From: Candidatus Multivoradales bacterium | GTDB taxonomy: Bacteria > Acidobacteriota > Thermoanaerobaculia > Multivoradales > Multivoraceae | DNA length: 64,000 bases | Assembly: GCA_965223325.1 (NCBI GenBank) | Contig: CBDCWI010000002.1 | Location: 2,688,001-2,752,000 of the forward strand | Direction of reading: 5' to 3' | In this document: positions 10,710-20,380 of the stretch, one piece after another | How positions within the stretch are numbered: the first letter of the stretch is position 1 | Layout of the letters: each line of letters starts with the position of its first letter | Position numbers and translations under genes: made by a program | Notes under the pieces: model-generated | What the model was told of the DNA's origin: nothing | The model's database searches: none | What the model saw: the letters and a program-made list of their open reading frames with translations, nothing else

Positions 10710-11612
10710 TCAGCAACCCTCCCTGACCGAGCCATCGAGAGCGGCATCGCGCCCTCGACATCCCTTGGGTCTAACCCACGGGCCAGAGCCGGCGCGTAGA
10801 CGCTCGGCGAGTCGCTCGGCGAGTTCCGCTCGGGCCGGGGCGTTGCGGCCATCCCCGCGCTGCTCGAGCGATTGCAAGGCCCCTCGGTAGGCAGCCTCCG
10901 CTTCGCGGTTGCGTCCGAGACGCAGGAGGATCTCGCCCCGCTTCACCATCCACTTCTCGGCTCGGGGCGCCATCCCAAGGACCCGGTCGACGTGTTCTAG
11001 CGCCGCTTCGTCATCGCCTCGGGCCTGCTGGTAATCAAGCGCCCGCACCTCGAGAACCAACAGAGTTCCCAGAGTGTCGGTCGCCGCATCGAGCACCGCG
11101 ATCGCATCCTCGACCCGACTGGGCTCCGCTTCGATGTAAGCCTCGGCCAGCTCGAGGTAGTACGTCGGCCCGGCCATCGGATCAGCCGTGATGACGTCGG
11201 TGTAGTCAACGGCAGCTTCGAGCGGTCGGTCGAGGGCCAAGAGCGCCCGGGCGCGCAGGATCCTGGCGAACAAATGATGGGGTTCAACCTCGAGCGATCG
11301 ATTGAGCTCGGAAAGGGCTGCCTCCACATCGCCAGATTCGAGCAACACCCTGCCAAGCAGAAAGTGAGCCTCCCAGGCGCCAGGTTCTAGCGCGAGGAAG
11401 CGCTCGAGATCGAGTCGCGCCTCTTCGAAATGGTCCACCTGGCGGAGTAGTTCGGCGCGCTGGAGGTAGAGGTCAGCCGCATCGGGGGCCAGTGCGATCT
11501 TGAAGGCCAGCGACGAAATCGCCTCGCTCGGTGCCTCGTGAGCGAAGGCACCCGGTGCAGCCGGCAAGAGAAGCAGAGCCCCGAGAACAAGGGAGCGTGT
11601 TTGAAAGGACAT
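10710..11612 (-). CDS. Tetratricopeptide-repeat protein with signal peptide
   Basis: Hydrophobic leader ending AFA-HE, multiple TPR helices ('LYLQRAELL', 'AHFLLGRVLL'); abuts the phosphatase gene. Confidence 0.8.
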   Translation of the reverse strand: MSFQTRSLVLGALLLLPAAPGAFAHEAPSEAISSLAFKIALAPDAADLYLQRAELLRQVDHFEEARLDLERFLALEPGAWEAHFLLGRVLLESGDVEAALSELNRSLEVEPHHLFARILRARALLALDRPLEAAVDYTDVITADPMAGPTYYLELAEAYIEAEPSRVEDAIAVLDAATDTLGTLLVLEVRALDYQQARGDDEAALEHVDRVLGMAPRAEKWMVKRGEILLRLGRNREAEAAYRGALQSLEQRGDGRNAPARAELAERLAERLRAGSGPWVRPKGCRGRDAALDGSVREGC

Positions 11613-11793
11613 GAAGAGGGCATCCAGCGTTGTTGGTAGGCGGCGGATCTGGCTCGCAGCCCGCAAATCGAATCTTTGAATCTTATCTATATATCCAGAA
11701 AACTCCAACTTCTAAGAATTCAGCAACCCGCGCTCAAAGAGCGTGGGCAACGGCCGAAAACACGGCCACGGCCGGCCTTGGCAACGACAGCAA

Positions 11794-11841
11794 AGCCAGG
11801 AAGCTAGGAAGCTAGGAGGCTAGGAGGCCAGGAGGCCAGGC
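11794..11841. repeat. Six tandem copies of the 8-bp unit RGCYAGGA immediately after the polA stop
   Basis: agccagga agctagga agctagga ggctagga ggccagga ggccaggc, read directly. Confidence 0.85.
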
Positions 11842-11843
11842 TT

Positions 11844-14489
11844 TCAGCTCTTGGCGTCGTACCAGGTTTCGCCGAGCGCCGCGTCAACCACCAACGGCAC
11901 AGCCAGCTCGGCCACGCCGACCATCCGAGCGACCACCATGTCGAGCACGGCCGAGGCCTCGGCCTCGGGGACCTCGAGTACCAGCTCGTCATGCACGGTG
12001 AGCAGCAGACGAGTGTTGGGATGCTCGCGTTGCAACACGCCGTCGACTTCGATCATTGCCTTCTTGAGCAGATCGGCAGCCGTTCCCTGAACGCGGGCGT
12101 TGATCGCCATGCGCTTGGCGTTCTCGCGCAGGTTCCAGTTACGACTCTGGATGTCGGGTAGCCAACGGGTACGACCGTAAAGCGTTGTCACGCAGAGGTT
12201 CTCGCGCGCCGCTTCGAGGGTGGTCTCGGTGTACTCGGCGACCTTGGGGAAGCGCTCGAAGTAGGCCTCGATGAACTGCTTGGCCTCCGCGTTGGTGATG
12301 CCGAGATTGTTGGCGAGGCCGAAGGGGCTCATGCCGTAGATGATGCCGAAGTTGATGACCTTGGCGGCCCGGCGCTGGTCGGGCGACACCAAGGCCGGCG
12401 ACACGCCGAAGACGCTGGCTGCGGTTGACTGGTGGATGTCGCCGCCCCTCTGGAAGGTCTCGATCAGTTCCGACTCTTGGGCAATGTGGGCCAGCACTCG
12501 CAGTTCGATCTGGCTGTAGTCAGCGACCAACAGTTGATGCCCAGAAGCGGCACGAAACGCTCGCCGGATCTCGGCACCGCCGTCGGTTCGCACGGGTATG
12601 TTCTGCAGGTTGGGGTTCGCCGAAGACAGCCGTCCGGTCGCAGCCACGGCTTGATTGAAGCGCGTGTGCAGGCGGCCGTTCGAGTCGACCAGCCCCGGCA
12701 GCGCATCGACGTAGGTCGACTTGAGCTTGGTGAGCTCGCGGTAGCGCAGAATGCGCTCCGGCAGGTCGTAACCGCGTGCCGCCAGCTCTTCGAGGGTCTC
12801 GGCGTTGGTCGAGTACTTCTTGGTCTTGCGAGTTTTCTTGACCACCGGATACTCGAGCTTCTCGATCATGATCTGGCCGAGCTGCGCCGGCGAGTTGATG
12901 TTGAACTCCTCGCCGGCGATCTCGTAGATCTCACCTTCGAGCCCGCCGATCCTTTCGGCCAGGTCTTTCGACATGGTCTCGAGGAACTCCGTGTCGAGCT
13001 CGATGCCAGCTTCTTCCATGCGCATGAGCACCGGCATGAGGGGCTCTTCGATCGAGTGGTAGACCGAGGCGGGGTCACCTGGGTCACCGGTACCGGCCTC
13101 GAGTTGTTCAAAGAGCGACGGAGCCATCATGGCGGGGAGGAGGGCGCGTTCCGCGGCGTAGCCGAGCAGGTTGGGATCGCTGGACTCGGGGGGCTTCCCC
13201 TTCATCCAGCCAGCGTCTTTCTCGGTCGTTGCTTTGTAGTCGAGTCGCTCGATCGTCACGTCGCCGAGGCCGAAACTGCGCACCGCGGTACGCAGGAGGT
13301 ACGCCAGCAGCATCGTGTCGACCAGCCCAGCGCGTACGTCGACGCCGCGGCCAGAGAGGCGCAGAACCTCCTTGAGGTCATGCCCGACCAGGTCACGTTT
13401 CGGATCGCCGACCCATTCGCGAAGCGACACAATGACTGCCTTGCGAAGCGCTTCATCGCGAAAGTCTGCGAACACCGATTCACCTTCGCCGGTAGCGAGT
13501 GAGAGGCCGACTGGCTCCTGTTCCCCGATCACTCCCAGTTCGACTCTCTGGCCAACATCCTTTGCGACCGTCTTCCAGGCAGCGACACTGTCGATGAGCA
13601 TCGCCGGTTCGATGGTGACCCGGGTCGGTACAGCGCCCTGCGCATCGAGCTCTTCAACCAGTGAGAAGAAGTCGAGCTCGCGGTACAGCTCACGCAGCGC
13701 CTCCGCGTCAGGCTCTTCGAGGCGCAGGCTTTCGGGGTCGAAAGCCATGTCGAGCTCGGTCTGGATAGTGACGAGCTCTTTGGACAAGAGCGCCTGCTCG
13801 CGGTTGTTCAAAAGACCTTCGCGATAGTTCTTGCGCTTGATCTCTTCGGCGTGATCGAGCAGCTTCTCGACCGTGCCGTACTCCTCGATCAGCTTCTTGG
13901 CCCCCTTTTCGCCGATGCCCGGCACACCTGGAACATTGTCGACGGAGTCGCCCATCAGCGCCAAGACGTCGATGACCTGCTCTGGCGGCACCCCGAAGTC
14001 TTCCTTGACCAGCGCCGGATCGTAGAGCTTCTCGCGGAAGGTGTGCCACACGTTGACCTTGTCAGAGACCAGCTGGAAGAAGTCTTTGTCGGCGGTGACC
14101 AGGACGACTTCGAACCCCGCCGCCACGGCCTGCCTGGTGATCGTCCCCACGACGTCGTCGGCCTCCCACTCCTCGATCTCGAGCATCGGAATGCGGAAGC
14201 CCTCGATGGCACGCCGAATCGCCGGCATCTGCGCCTTGAGGTCGTCGGGCATGGCGCTGCGGTTGGCCTTGTACTCGGCGTACTGTTCCTTGCGCGCTCC
14301 GTGACCGCCGGTGTCGAGCGCGATGCCGATGAGGTCTGGCCGCTCCTCGCGCAGCAGCTTGCGCAACATGTTGACGAAGCCGTATACCGCGTTGGTCGGC
14401 TCACCCCGGGCGTTCGATAGGCCGTGAATGGCGTAGAACGCCCGAAAGATGTTCGAGTAGCCGTCGATCAGGAATAGACGCTCGGCCAA
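11844..14489 (-). CDS. polA: DNA polymerase I
   Basis: 5'-3' exonuclease N-terminus 'LFLIDGYSNIFRAFYA'; polymerase motifs 'TGRLSS.NPNLQNIP', 'DYSQIELR', 'AKVINFGIIYG', 'VHDELV'; TTG start at 14489 after a GAGG RBS. Confidence 0.97.
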   Translation of the reverse strand: MAERLFLIDGYSNIFRAFYAIHGLSNARGEPTNAVYGFVNMLRKLLREERPDLIGIALDTGGHGARKEQYAEYKANRSAMPDDLKAQMPAIRRAIEGFRIPMLEIEEWEADDVVGTITRQAVAAGFEVVLVTADKDFFQLVSDKVNVWHTFREKLYDPALVKEDFGVPPEQVIDVLALMGDSVDNVPGVPGIGEKGAKKLIEEYGTVEKLLDHAEEIKRKNYREGLLNNREQALLSKELVTIQTELDMAFDPESLRLEEPDAEALRELYRELDFFSLVEELDAQGAVPTRVTIEPAMLIDSVAAWKTVAKDVGQRVELGVIGEQEPVGLSLATGEGESVFADFRDEALRKAVIVSLREWVGDPKRDLVGHDLKEVLRLSGRGVDVRAGLVDTMLLAYLLRTAVRSFGLGDVTIERLDYKATTEKDAGWMKGKPPESSDPNLLGYAAERALLPAMMAPSLFEQLEAGTGDPGDPASVYHSIEEPLMPVLMRMEEAGIELDTEFLETMSKDLAERIGGLEGEIYEIAGEEFNINSPAQLGQIMIEKLEYPVVKKTRKTKKYSTNAETLEELAARGYDLPERILRYRELTKLKSTYVDALPGLVDSNGRLHTRFNQAVAATGRLSSANPNLQNIPVRTDGGAEIRRAFRAASGHQLLVADYSQIELRVLAHIAQESELIETFQRGGDIHQSTAASVFGVSPALVSPDQRRAAKVINFGIIYGMSPFGLANNLGITNAEAKQFIEAYFERFPKVAEYTETTLEAARENLCVTTLYGRTRWLPDIQSRNWNLRENAKRMAINARVQGTAADLLKKAMIEVDGVLQREHPNTRLLLTVHDELVLEVPEAEASAVLDMVVARMVGVAELAVPLVVDAALGETWYDAKS

Positions 14490-14653
14490 GCCAATTACCT
14501 CAACGGGGAACGACGAACAGATCCCGAAACAAGAGGGTTCTAGATGGAACGCGGAGGAACGCCGCAAGGTATCACGCACCCTGGAGGCTTATCGCCCAGA
14601 GCGGCCCCCTCCCGGCTGCCCCCCGCGCTCCTCGTTAGAGCTAGACTCCTCTG

Positions 14654-17600
14654 ATGCGTTTCATAGCCGTTTCGTTCGCGCTCAGCGGGGTGCTCGCGGC
14701 ATCCCTCCAGGCAGCTCCTCCGAGTGCCGAGGCGGTAGAACTCCGCAACCTCGGCATCGCCCTGCTCGAGAACGAGAAGGAACTCGAGGCCGCCGACACC
14801 TTTCGCAAGCTGGCAACGCTGGTTCCCGAGGACCCGCTACCGTGGGCCAACCTCGCCGTCGCTCTCTTGCGCACTTCGAAGACCGACGAAGCCAAAGAAG
14901 CGATCGCCAAGGCGCTCTCCATCGCGCCCGAACGGGCCGACCTGATCGGAATCGATGCCGAGATCATGCAATGGAGTGGCGAACTCGAGGCATCGGTTGG
15001 CCGTTGGGCCGAAGCCGCTTCCCTGGCGCCGCGTGACGTCGAGCTGCAGTACAAGCTCTGGGACACCGCCTCGAGTGCAAGTAGTGAGACAGCAAGGGAG
15101 CACCTCGAGACCGCGATCGAACGCCTGGCGGATCTGCGGCCCGAAAACCCGCTGGTGCTCCTTCAGCTCGGTGAGATCGCACTCCGAAACGGCGATGCCA
15201 AACGTGCCACCCGCGCCTACAAGCGCCTGCGCGAACTGACGTGGGTAGACCCTGAGACGAGCGCCCAGGCAGACCGCATGTTCGACCTGATCTTTCCGCT
15301 CCTCGAGACCGGAGACCTCGACAAAGCCATCCGGCCGGCGCGCGGTCTCGGCAACATCTTCAATGCCCCCCCCAGGTCGAACACCACCCGCGCCGATCTG
15401 ACTCCCCCCATCCAAGGCATCCCCGTTGACCGATTCGTTGACGAGCCCCCTCCGACAGATTTCGGCAACCCCCTCGAGGTGTCGTTCAAGCTCGGGAAGC
15501 TCGCCGACGGTGCGACCTCCGGCCGCGCCTTGGCAGTGGCCGACTTCGACGGCGACCACATGCCCGACACCGCGCGCATCCTGGCGGGAAACGAACCGCA
15601 GCTCGAAGTACGTCTGGCAAGCGGCAAACGACAGCTCCTCGCTGGCCAGTCGCACCACGGCCTCTTGTCGATCGACCTCGACAATGACGGACACCTCGAT
15701 CTGATCGGTTTCGGTGCCCCAGGCGACGACGCGGCGATGCAGGGCTGGTCCGGAGCCGCCAGCGGCACCATGACCGACGCCACCGAAACCTTCGGCATCG
15801 GGAAGGTCAACGCCACCGCTATCGCGGCGGTCGACTTCGATGCTGAAGGCGATCTCGATCTGTTGGTTGCCAAACGAGGCAGCGACCTCGAGCTTCTTCG
15901 CAACAACCTGGCGGGCCCGCTCGAAAGCGTTGGCGAGAAGTCACTGCCGCCGCTGCGCGACCGCAGCGTCACCGATATCCACGCCTCCGATCTCGACCTC
16001 GACGGTGATCTCGACGTGCTGGTGGCGCATGAAGGTGGCGTGACCTGGCTTCAGAACCTGCGTCAAGGACGCTTTGGCAACGAAACAGCGATCGGTGGCC
16101 TCCGGCAACGGCCGGCGGCCAGCGCCCTCGTCACCGCCGACCTCGACGACGATGGCCGCATCGACATCCTGTCGGTGGGTTCCGGAGTTGACTTCATGCG
16201 CTCGCTGGGCCGGCGTTTTGAGCCCGCAGCGTCCGAAGGACTCGATGTCAAGGGCGGCCAGGACGCAGTCGCGGCAGACTTCGATAACGACGGCGTGCTC
16301 GACCTGGCGGTCGCTGAAGCGCGCGGCGTCAGTGTGTTCCTTCGTCGCGGCCCGAAGTACGAGAAGCTCGAAGTGGCGCTCAAGGCCGCCACCCTCGAAG
16401 CTGCCGACATCGATCGCGACGGCGACCTCGACATCGTCGCTACCGGCCCCGAAGGCCTGCACCTGCTCACCAACGAAGGCGGCAACCAGAACCACTGGTT
16501 GCGAGTGCGCCTACGCGGTCTCGACGCCGACAACCAGAAGAACAACCACTTCGGGCGCGGCGCACTGGTCGAAGTCAAGAAGGGGCGCGCACGTCAGGTT
16601 CGCGAAGCCAACAGCGATGAACTGCACTTTGGCGTCGGCCGCTTCCGTGAGGTCGATCTTCTGCGCGTGGTGTGGAACAACGGAGTACCGCAAAACCGGC
16701 TCGAACCGAAGGCCGATCAAGAGATCGTCGAAGAACAGCTGCTCAAAGGTAGCTGCCCGTTTCTCTACACCTGGAACGGTGAGGAGGTCGTGTTTGTCAC
16801 CGATCTTCTGTGGGGCGCACCGCTCGGAATGCCGCTCGCCGATGGGGTGTGGAACGTTTTCGATCCCGAAGAACTGGTGCGCATCGACGGTGCGGCGCTG
16901 CGCGACGGCCGCTGGGACCTGCGCATCACCGAAGAGCTCTGGGAAACGGCCTACTTCGATCGCGTCAGACTGTGGGTGGTCGACCACCCCAAAGATGTCG
17001 AGGTCGCCAGCAGCCTCCGAATCGTCCCCGGGGCCTCTGGCGACCATCCGGCGTTGGTTGATCGGGTGCTCGGCACGCGCGCGGTCCGTCCGGTCGCCCA
17101 GGCAGTCGACGGCCAGGGTCGAGACGTCACCGCGCGCGTCGCCCGTCGTGACGACATCTACGCCGACGGCTACCCGTCGGGGCGCTACCAGGGGGTGACC
17201 CCCGCGCCATGGTCGGTCGAGTTCGACCTCGGTGAAGCACCCGTGGCTCCCGTTCGCCTGCTCCTCGACGGCTGGGTCTTCCCAGCCGACGCCAGCCTGA
17301 ACATCGCCACCTCACAGCGCACAGACCTCAACTGGACGTTTACGCGACTCGAAGCGCTCACCGAAGATGGTTGGCAAACGCTACTCGACCCGATGGGTTT
17401 CCCGGCTGGCAAGACCAAAACGATGGTGGTCGACACGCCGGCGCTTCCCGCCGGAACGACGCGCCTGCGCATCGTCTCTTCACGCTGGCTGCACTGGGAC
17501 CGCATCGCCTGGAGCCTCGAGCCGGCCGACGACGCACCGGTGGTAGCGGCTCGTCTTTCCCCCGACACTGCCGAGCTCGGCTATCGCGGTTTCTCGAAGC

Positions 17601-18007
17601 TCGTGCAGAGCGCTCCGAACGCACCGCACACTTTCGAGTACTCGCAAGTGAGCGAAGCTTCCCCCTGGCTCAGCATCGGCGGCGCCGCAACGCGCTACGG
17701 CGATGTGTCGCCACTCCTTACTGATGTCGAAGACGAGATGGTAGTGCTCAAGCCTGGCGACGAAATGCGTCTCACCTTCGACGCCGGCAAGGTTGCGCCA
17801 GTCGCCCACGGCTATCGGCGCACCCTGTTTCTCGAGAGCCACGGCTACGACAAGGATGCAGACCGCAATACCTGGGAAGCCGACAGCACCGAGCCGTTTC
17901 CCTTCCGGGGCATGACCTCGTACCCACTTCCCGAGGGCGAAGCCTGGCCAGACGACGCCCGCTACCGTCGCTACCTCGAGGAGTGGCAGACGCGCGATGA
18001 CGGTTGA
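14654..18007 (+). CDS. TPR + FG-GAP/VCBS repeat + ASPIC/UnbV (CRTAC1-like) secreted protein
   Basis: Signal peptide, TPRs, many DxDxDGxxD repeats, 'NHWLRVRLRG...LHFGVG', 'LKGSCPFLYTWNG'. Confidence 0.88.
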   Translation: MRFIAVSFALSGVLAASLQAAPPSAEAVELRNLGIALLENEKELEAADTFRKLATLVPEDPLPWANLAVALLRTSKTDEAKEAIAKALSIAPERADLIGIDAEIMQWSGELEASVGRWAEAASLAPRDVELQYKLWDTASSASSETAREHLETAIERLADLRPENPLVLLQLGEIALRNGDAKRATRAYKRLRELTWVDPETSAQADRMFDLIFPLLETGDLDKAIRPARGLGNIFNAPPRSNTTRADLTPPIQGIPVDRFVDEPPPTDFGNPLEVSFKLGKLADGATSGRALAVADFDGDHMPDTARILAGNEPQLEVRLASGKRQLLAGQSHHGLLSIDLDNDGHLDLIGFGAPGDDAAMQGWSGAASGTMTDATETFGIGKVNATAIAAVDFDAEGDLDLLVAKRGSDLELLRNNLAGPLESVGEKSLPPLRDRSVTDIHASDLDLDGDLDVLVAHEGGVTWLQNLRQGRFGNETAIGGLRQRPAASALVTADLDDDGRIDILSVGSGVDFMRSLGRRFEPAASEGLDVKGGQDAVAADFDNDGVLDLAVAEARGVSVFLRRGPKYEKLEVALKAATLEAADIDRDGDLDIVATGPEGLHLLTNEGGNQNHWLRVRLRGLDADNQKNNHFGRGALVEVKKGRARQVREANSDELHFGVGRFREVDLLRVVWNNGVPQNRLEPKADQEIVEEQLLKGSCPFLYTWNGEEVVFVTDLLWGAPLGMPLADGVWNVFDPEELVRIDGAALRDGRWDLRITEELWETAYFDRVRLWVVDHPKDVEVASSLRIVPGASGDHPALVDRVLGTRAVRPVAQAVDGQGRDVTARVARRDDIYADGYPSGRYQGVTPAPWSVEFDLGEAPVAPVRLLLDGWVFPADASLNIATSQRTDLNWTFTRLEALTEDGWQTLLDPMGFPAGKTKTMVVDTPALPAGTTRLRIVSSRWLHWDRIAWSLEPADDAPVVAARLSPDTAELGYRGFSKLVQSAPNAPHTFEYSQVSEASPWLSIGGAATRYGDVSPLLTDVEDEMVVLKPGDEMRLTFDAGKVAPVAHGYRRTLFLESHGYDKDADRNTWEADSTEPFPFRGMTSYPLPEGEAWPDDARYRRYLEEWQTRDDG

Positions 18008-18208
18008 GTTCGAGAGACAGCCACAGGCCGGGCCCGCGGTCGCGTGTTATCTTGAAGCCTCAACCTGAACAACTTCTGACGCGTACCTCGAAGCCTGGAA
18101 CTGAGCCCCCGACCAGCACTCCACCTTCTCGAGGGATCTCTGAACCCAAGAATCTCTCTGCCCGGCTGCGGGTTGCCCGGGCAGATCCAAGAACGGAGCG
18201 CACCGTCC

Positions 18209-19606
18209 ATGGCAGCTGATCGAGGAACGTTTGGAAAGCTGGGTTTCATCCTCGCTGCGGTCGGCTCGGCGATCGGCCTCGGGAACATCTGGAAGTTCCC
18301 CTACATCACCTATGCCAACGAGGGCGGTACCTTCGTGCTGGTCTACCTGGCGGCGATCGTCCTGATCGGCGGGCCCATCATGGTCGCCGAGATCGTCGTC
18401 GGTCGACGCACCCAGCTCAGTCCGATCGCGGCCTTTACGCGCCTTCGCGACGAGGAGGGAACGTCGGGCTTCTGGCGCGTGGCCGGCGCACTCGGCGTGG
18501 TCACCGCCTTCGTGCTGCTTTCGTACTACGCAATGATCGCCGGCTGGACCGTGTTCTATATCGGCAAGTGCCTGACCTGGTCGCTGAGCGGCTTCCCCAC
18601 CGACTCGACCGCCGTCGCCACCGAGTTCGGTGCCTTCCTCGGTGACGGCGGAATGCAACTGGTCTTCCAGGGCCTGTTCATGGTCATCACCACCCTGGTG
18701 GTCATTCTCGGCATCAAGGCGGGGATCGAACGCGTCACCCGCATCCTCATGCCCTGCCTCGGTGTGATGCTGGTGCTCCTGGCAGCCAACTCCTTCTTTC
18801 AACCTGGGTTCAGCGACGCGATCCGTTTTCTGTTCAGCGTCGGGCCAATCGACGCCGACGGCGTTCTCGAGGCCGTGGGTCACTCGTTCTTCACGCTGTC
18901 GCTCGGCATGGGCGCGATGATCACCTACGGCTCCTATATGGAACGCGGCGCGTCGATCCCCAGGTCAGCGATTGCAATCTGCATCCTCGACACCCTGGTT
19001 GCAATTCTCGCCTGCATCATCATGTTCTCGATCATCTTCTCGGTGCCTGCCGGCGAGCGTGACGCGACCTTCAGCCAGAGCGCAACGATCCTGTTCACGA
19101 CGTTGCCGCAGATGTTCTACGCCATGCCCTTCGGTAGGTTCCTGGCACCGTTCTTCTACACCCTGGTCGGCTTCGCGGCGTTGACATCAACGATCTCGCT
19201 ACTCGAGGTTGCCGTTTCCTACTTCATCGACTCGCGGGGCTGGGGGCGCAAGAAGGCCGCCCTCATTGTCGGCGCCAGCATCTTCGCTCTCGGTGTCCCA
19301 GCCGCGCTGTCGCTCGGCGCCTCTTCCTGGTTCTCGAACTTCGAGATTCCCGGAGTTCCCTCCGGCCCCGGATTCTTCAGCCTCTACGACTACACGGTCT
19401 CGAACTGGTTCCTGCCGGTGGGCGGGCTGTTGATCGCAATCTTCGTCGGTTGGATCTTGAGTTCGGGCGTCTCGCGCCGCGAGATCGACATCGGTCACGG
19501 CCGCTTCCGGCTCCATGCGGTATGGCTGTGGTTCCTGCGGGTCTTCGCCCCGGCGGCAATCATTTGGATCCTGATCGCCGTGATCAGTGGGCGCACCTTT
19601 AACTAG
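18209..19606 (+). CDS. Sodium-dependent transporter, neurotransmitter:sodium symporter (NSS/SNF) family
   Basis: 'GFILAAVGSAIGLGNIWKFPY', 'SFFTLSLGMGAM', 'AALTSTISLLE'; many TM helices; ends ...TFN-TAG. Confidence 0.95.
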   Translation: MAADRGTFGKLGFILAAVGSAIGLGNIWKFPYITYANEGGTFVLVYLAAIVLIGGPIMVAEIVVGRRTQLSPIAAFTRLRDEEGTSGFWRVAGALGVVTAFVLLSYYAMIAGWTVFYIGKCLTWSLSGFPTDSTAVATEFGAFLGDGGMQLVFQGLFMVITTLVVILGIKAGIERVTRILMPCLGVMLVLLAANSFFQPGFSDAIRFLFSVGPIDADGVLEAVGHSFFTLSLGMGAMITYGSYMERGASIPRSAIAICILDTLVAILACIIMFSIIFSVPAGERDATFSQSATILFTTLPQMFYAMPFGRFLAPFFYTLVGFAALTSTISLLEVAVSYFIDSRGWGRKKAALIVGASIFALGVPAALSLGASSWFSNFEIPGVPSGPGFFSLYDYTVSNWFLPVGGLLIAIFVGWILSSGVSRREIDIGHGRFRLHAVWLWFLRVFAPAAIIWILIAVISGRTFN

Positions 19607-20380
19607 CGCGACGCGTGGTTTACGGCCCTCGGTTGGTGAGCCGCGATTCGGCTCGCTGTGCTGGTGAGTGCCGGTTTCTCAGGGTCGTTGGGTCGTTACC
19701 ACGCGCCGCGCTAGCGTCACTCTCGCCGCGCAAGCGGTCCGTTGGGCGGGCCGGGTGCGCCAGCGCTCGCCCTGCACTTGCGGCTCAGCACTGCGATCAT
19801 CCCTCGCGCGCGGCGGATTCCTGCCTCCGATGAAACGAACGACTCCGGATCCAGGACTGCGGGTGAGCGGCGCGCGCCGCTCGAGCCTTGGCTGATGGAA
19901 CGAATTCTCAAACCTGATCACCCGCCTCCAGGTGCAGGCGTGGTTTACGGCCCTCGGTTGGTGAGCCGCGATTCGGCTCGCTGTGCTGGTGAGTGCCGGT
20001 TTCTCAGGGTCGTTGGGTCGTTACCACGCGCCGCGCTAGCGTCACTTTTGCCGCGCAAGCGGTCCGTTGGGCGGGCCGGGTGCGCCAGCGCTCGCCCTGC
20101 ACTTGCGGCTCAGCACTGCGATCATCCCTCGCGCGCGGCGGATTCCTGCCTCCGATGAAACGAACGACTCCGGATCCAGGACTGCGGGTGAGCGGCGCGC
20201 GCCGCTCGAGCCTTGGCTGATGGAACGAATTCTCAAACCCGATCACCCGCCTCCAGGTGCAGGCGTGGTTTACGGCCCTCGGTTGGTGAGCCGCGATTCG
20301 GCTCGCTGTGCTGGTGAGTGCCGGTTTCTCAGGGTCGTTGGGTCGTTACCACGCGCCGCGCTAGCGTCACTTTTGCCGCG

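Noticed and set aside
13100-13560. Degenerate 3'-5' exonuclease motifs in PolA
   Set aside because: Loss of proofreading residues is common among bacterial Pol I proteins.
19603-19714. Simple MITE with terminal inverted repeats and a CTAG target duplication
   Set aside because: Homology between the arrays extends far beyond the inner CTAG, and the putative TIRs differ between the two loci, unlike a MITE family.
19597-19747. Integron attC-like reading (AAC at the gene end, long hairpin, GTTGGGC)
   Set aside because: The main stem leaves about 27 unpaired nt before GTT, so the R''/R' boxes do not pair as in attC. The flanking genes are not cassettes and there is no intI in the window. An IntegronFinder run would settle it.
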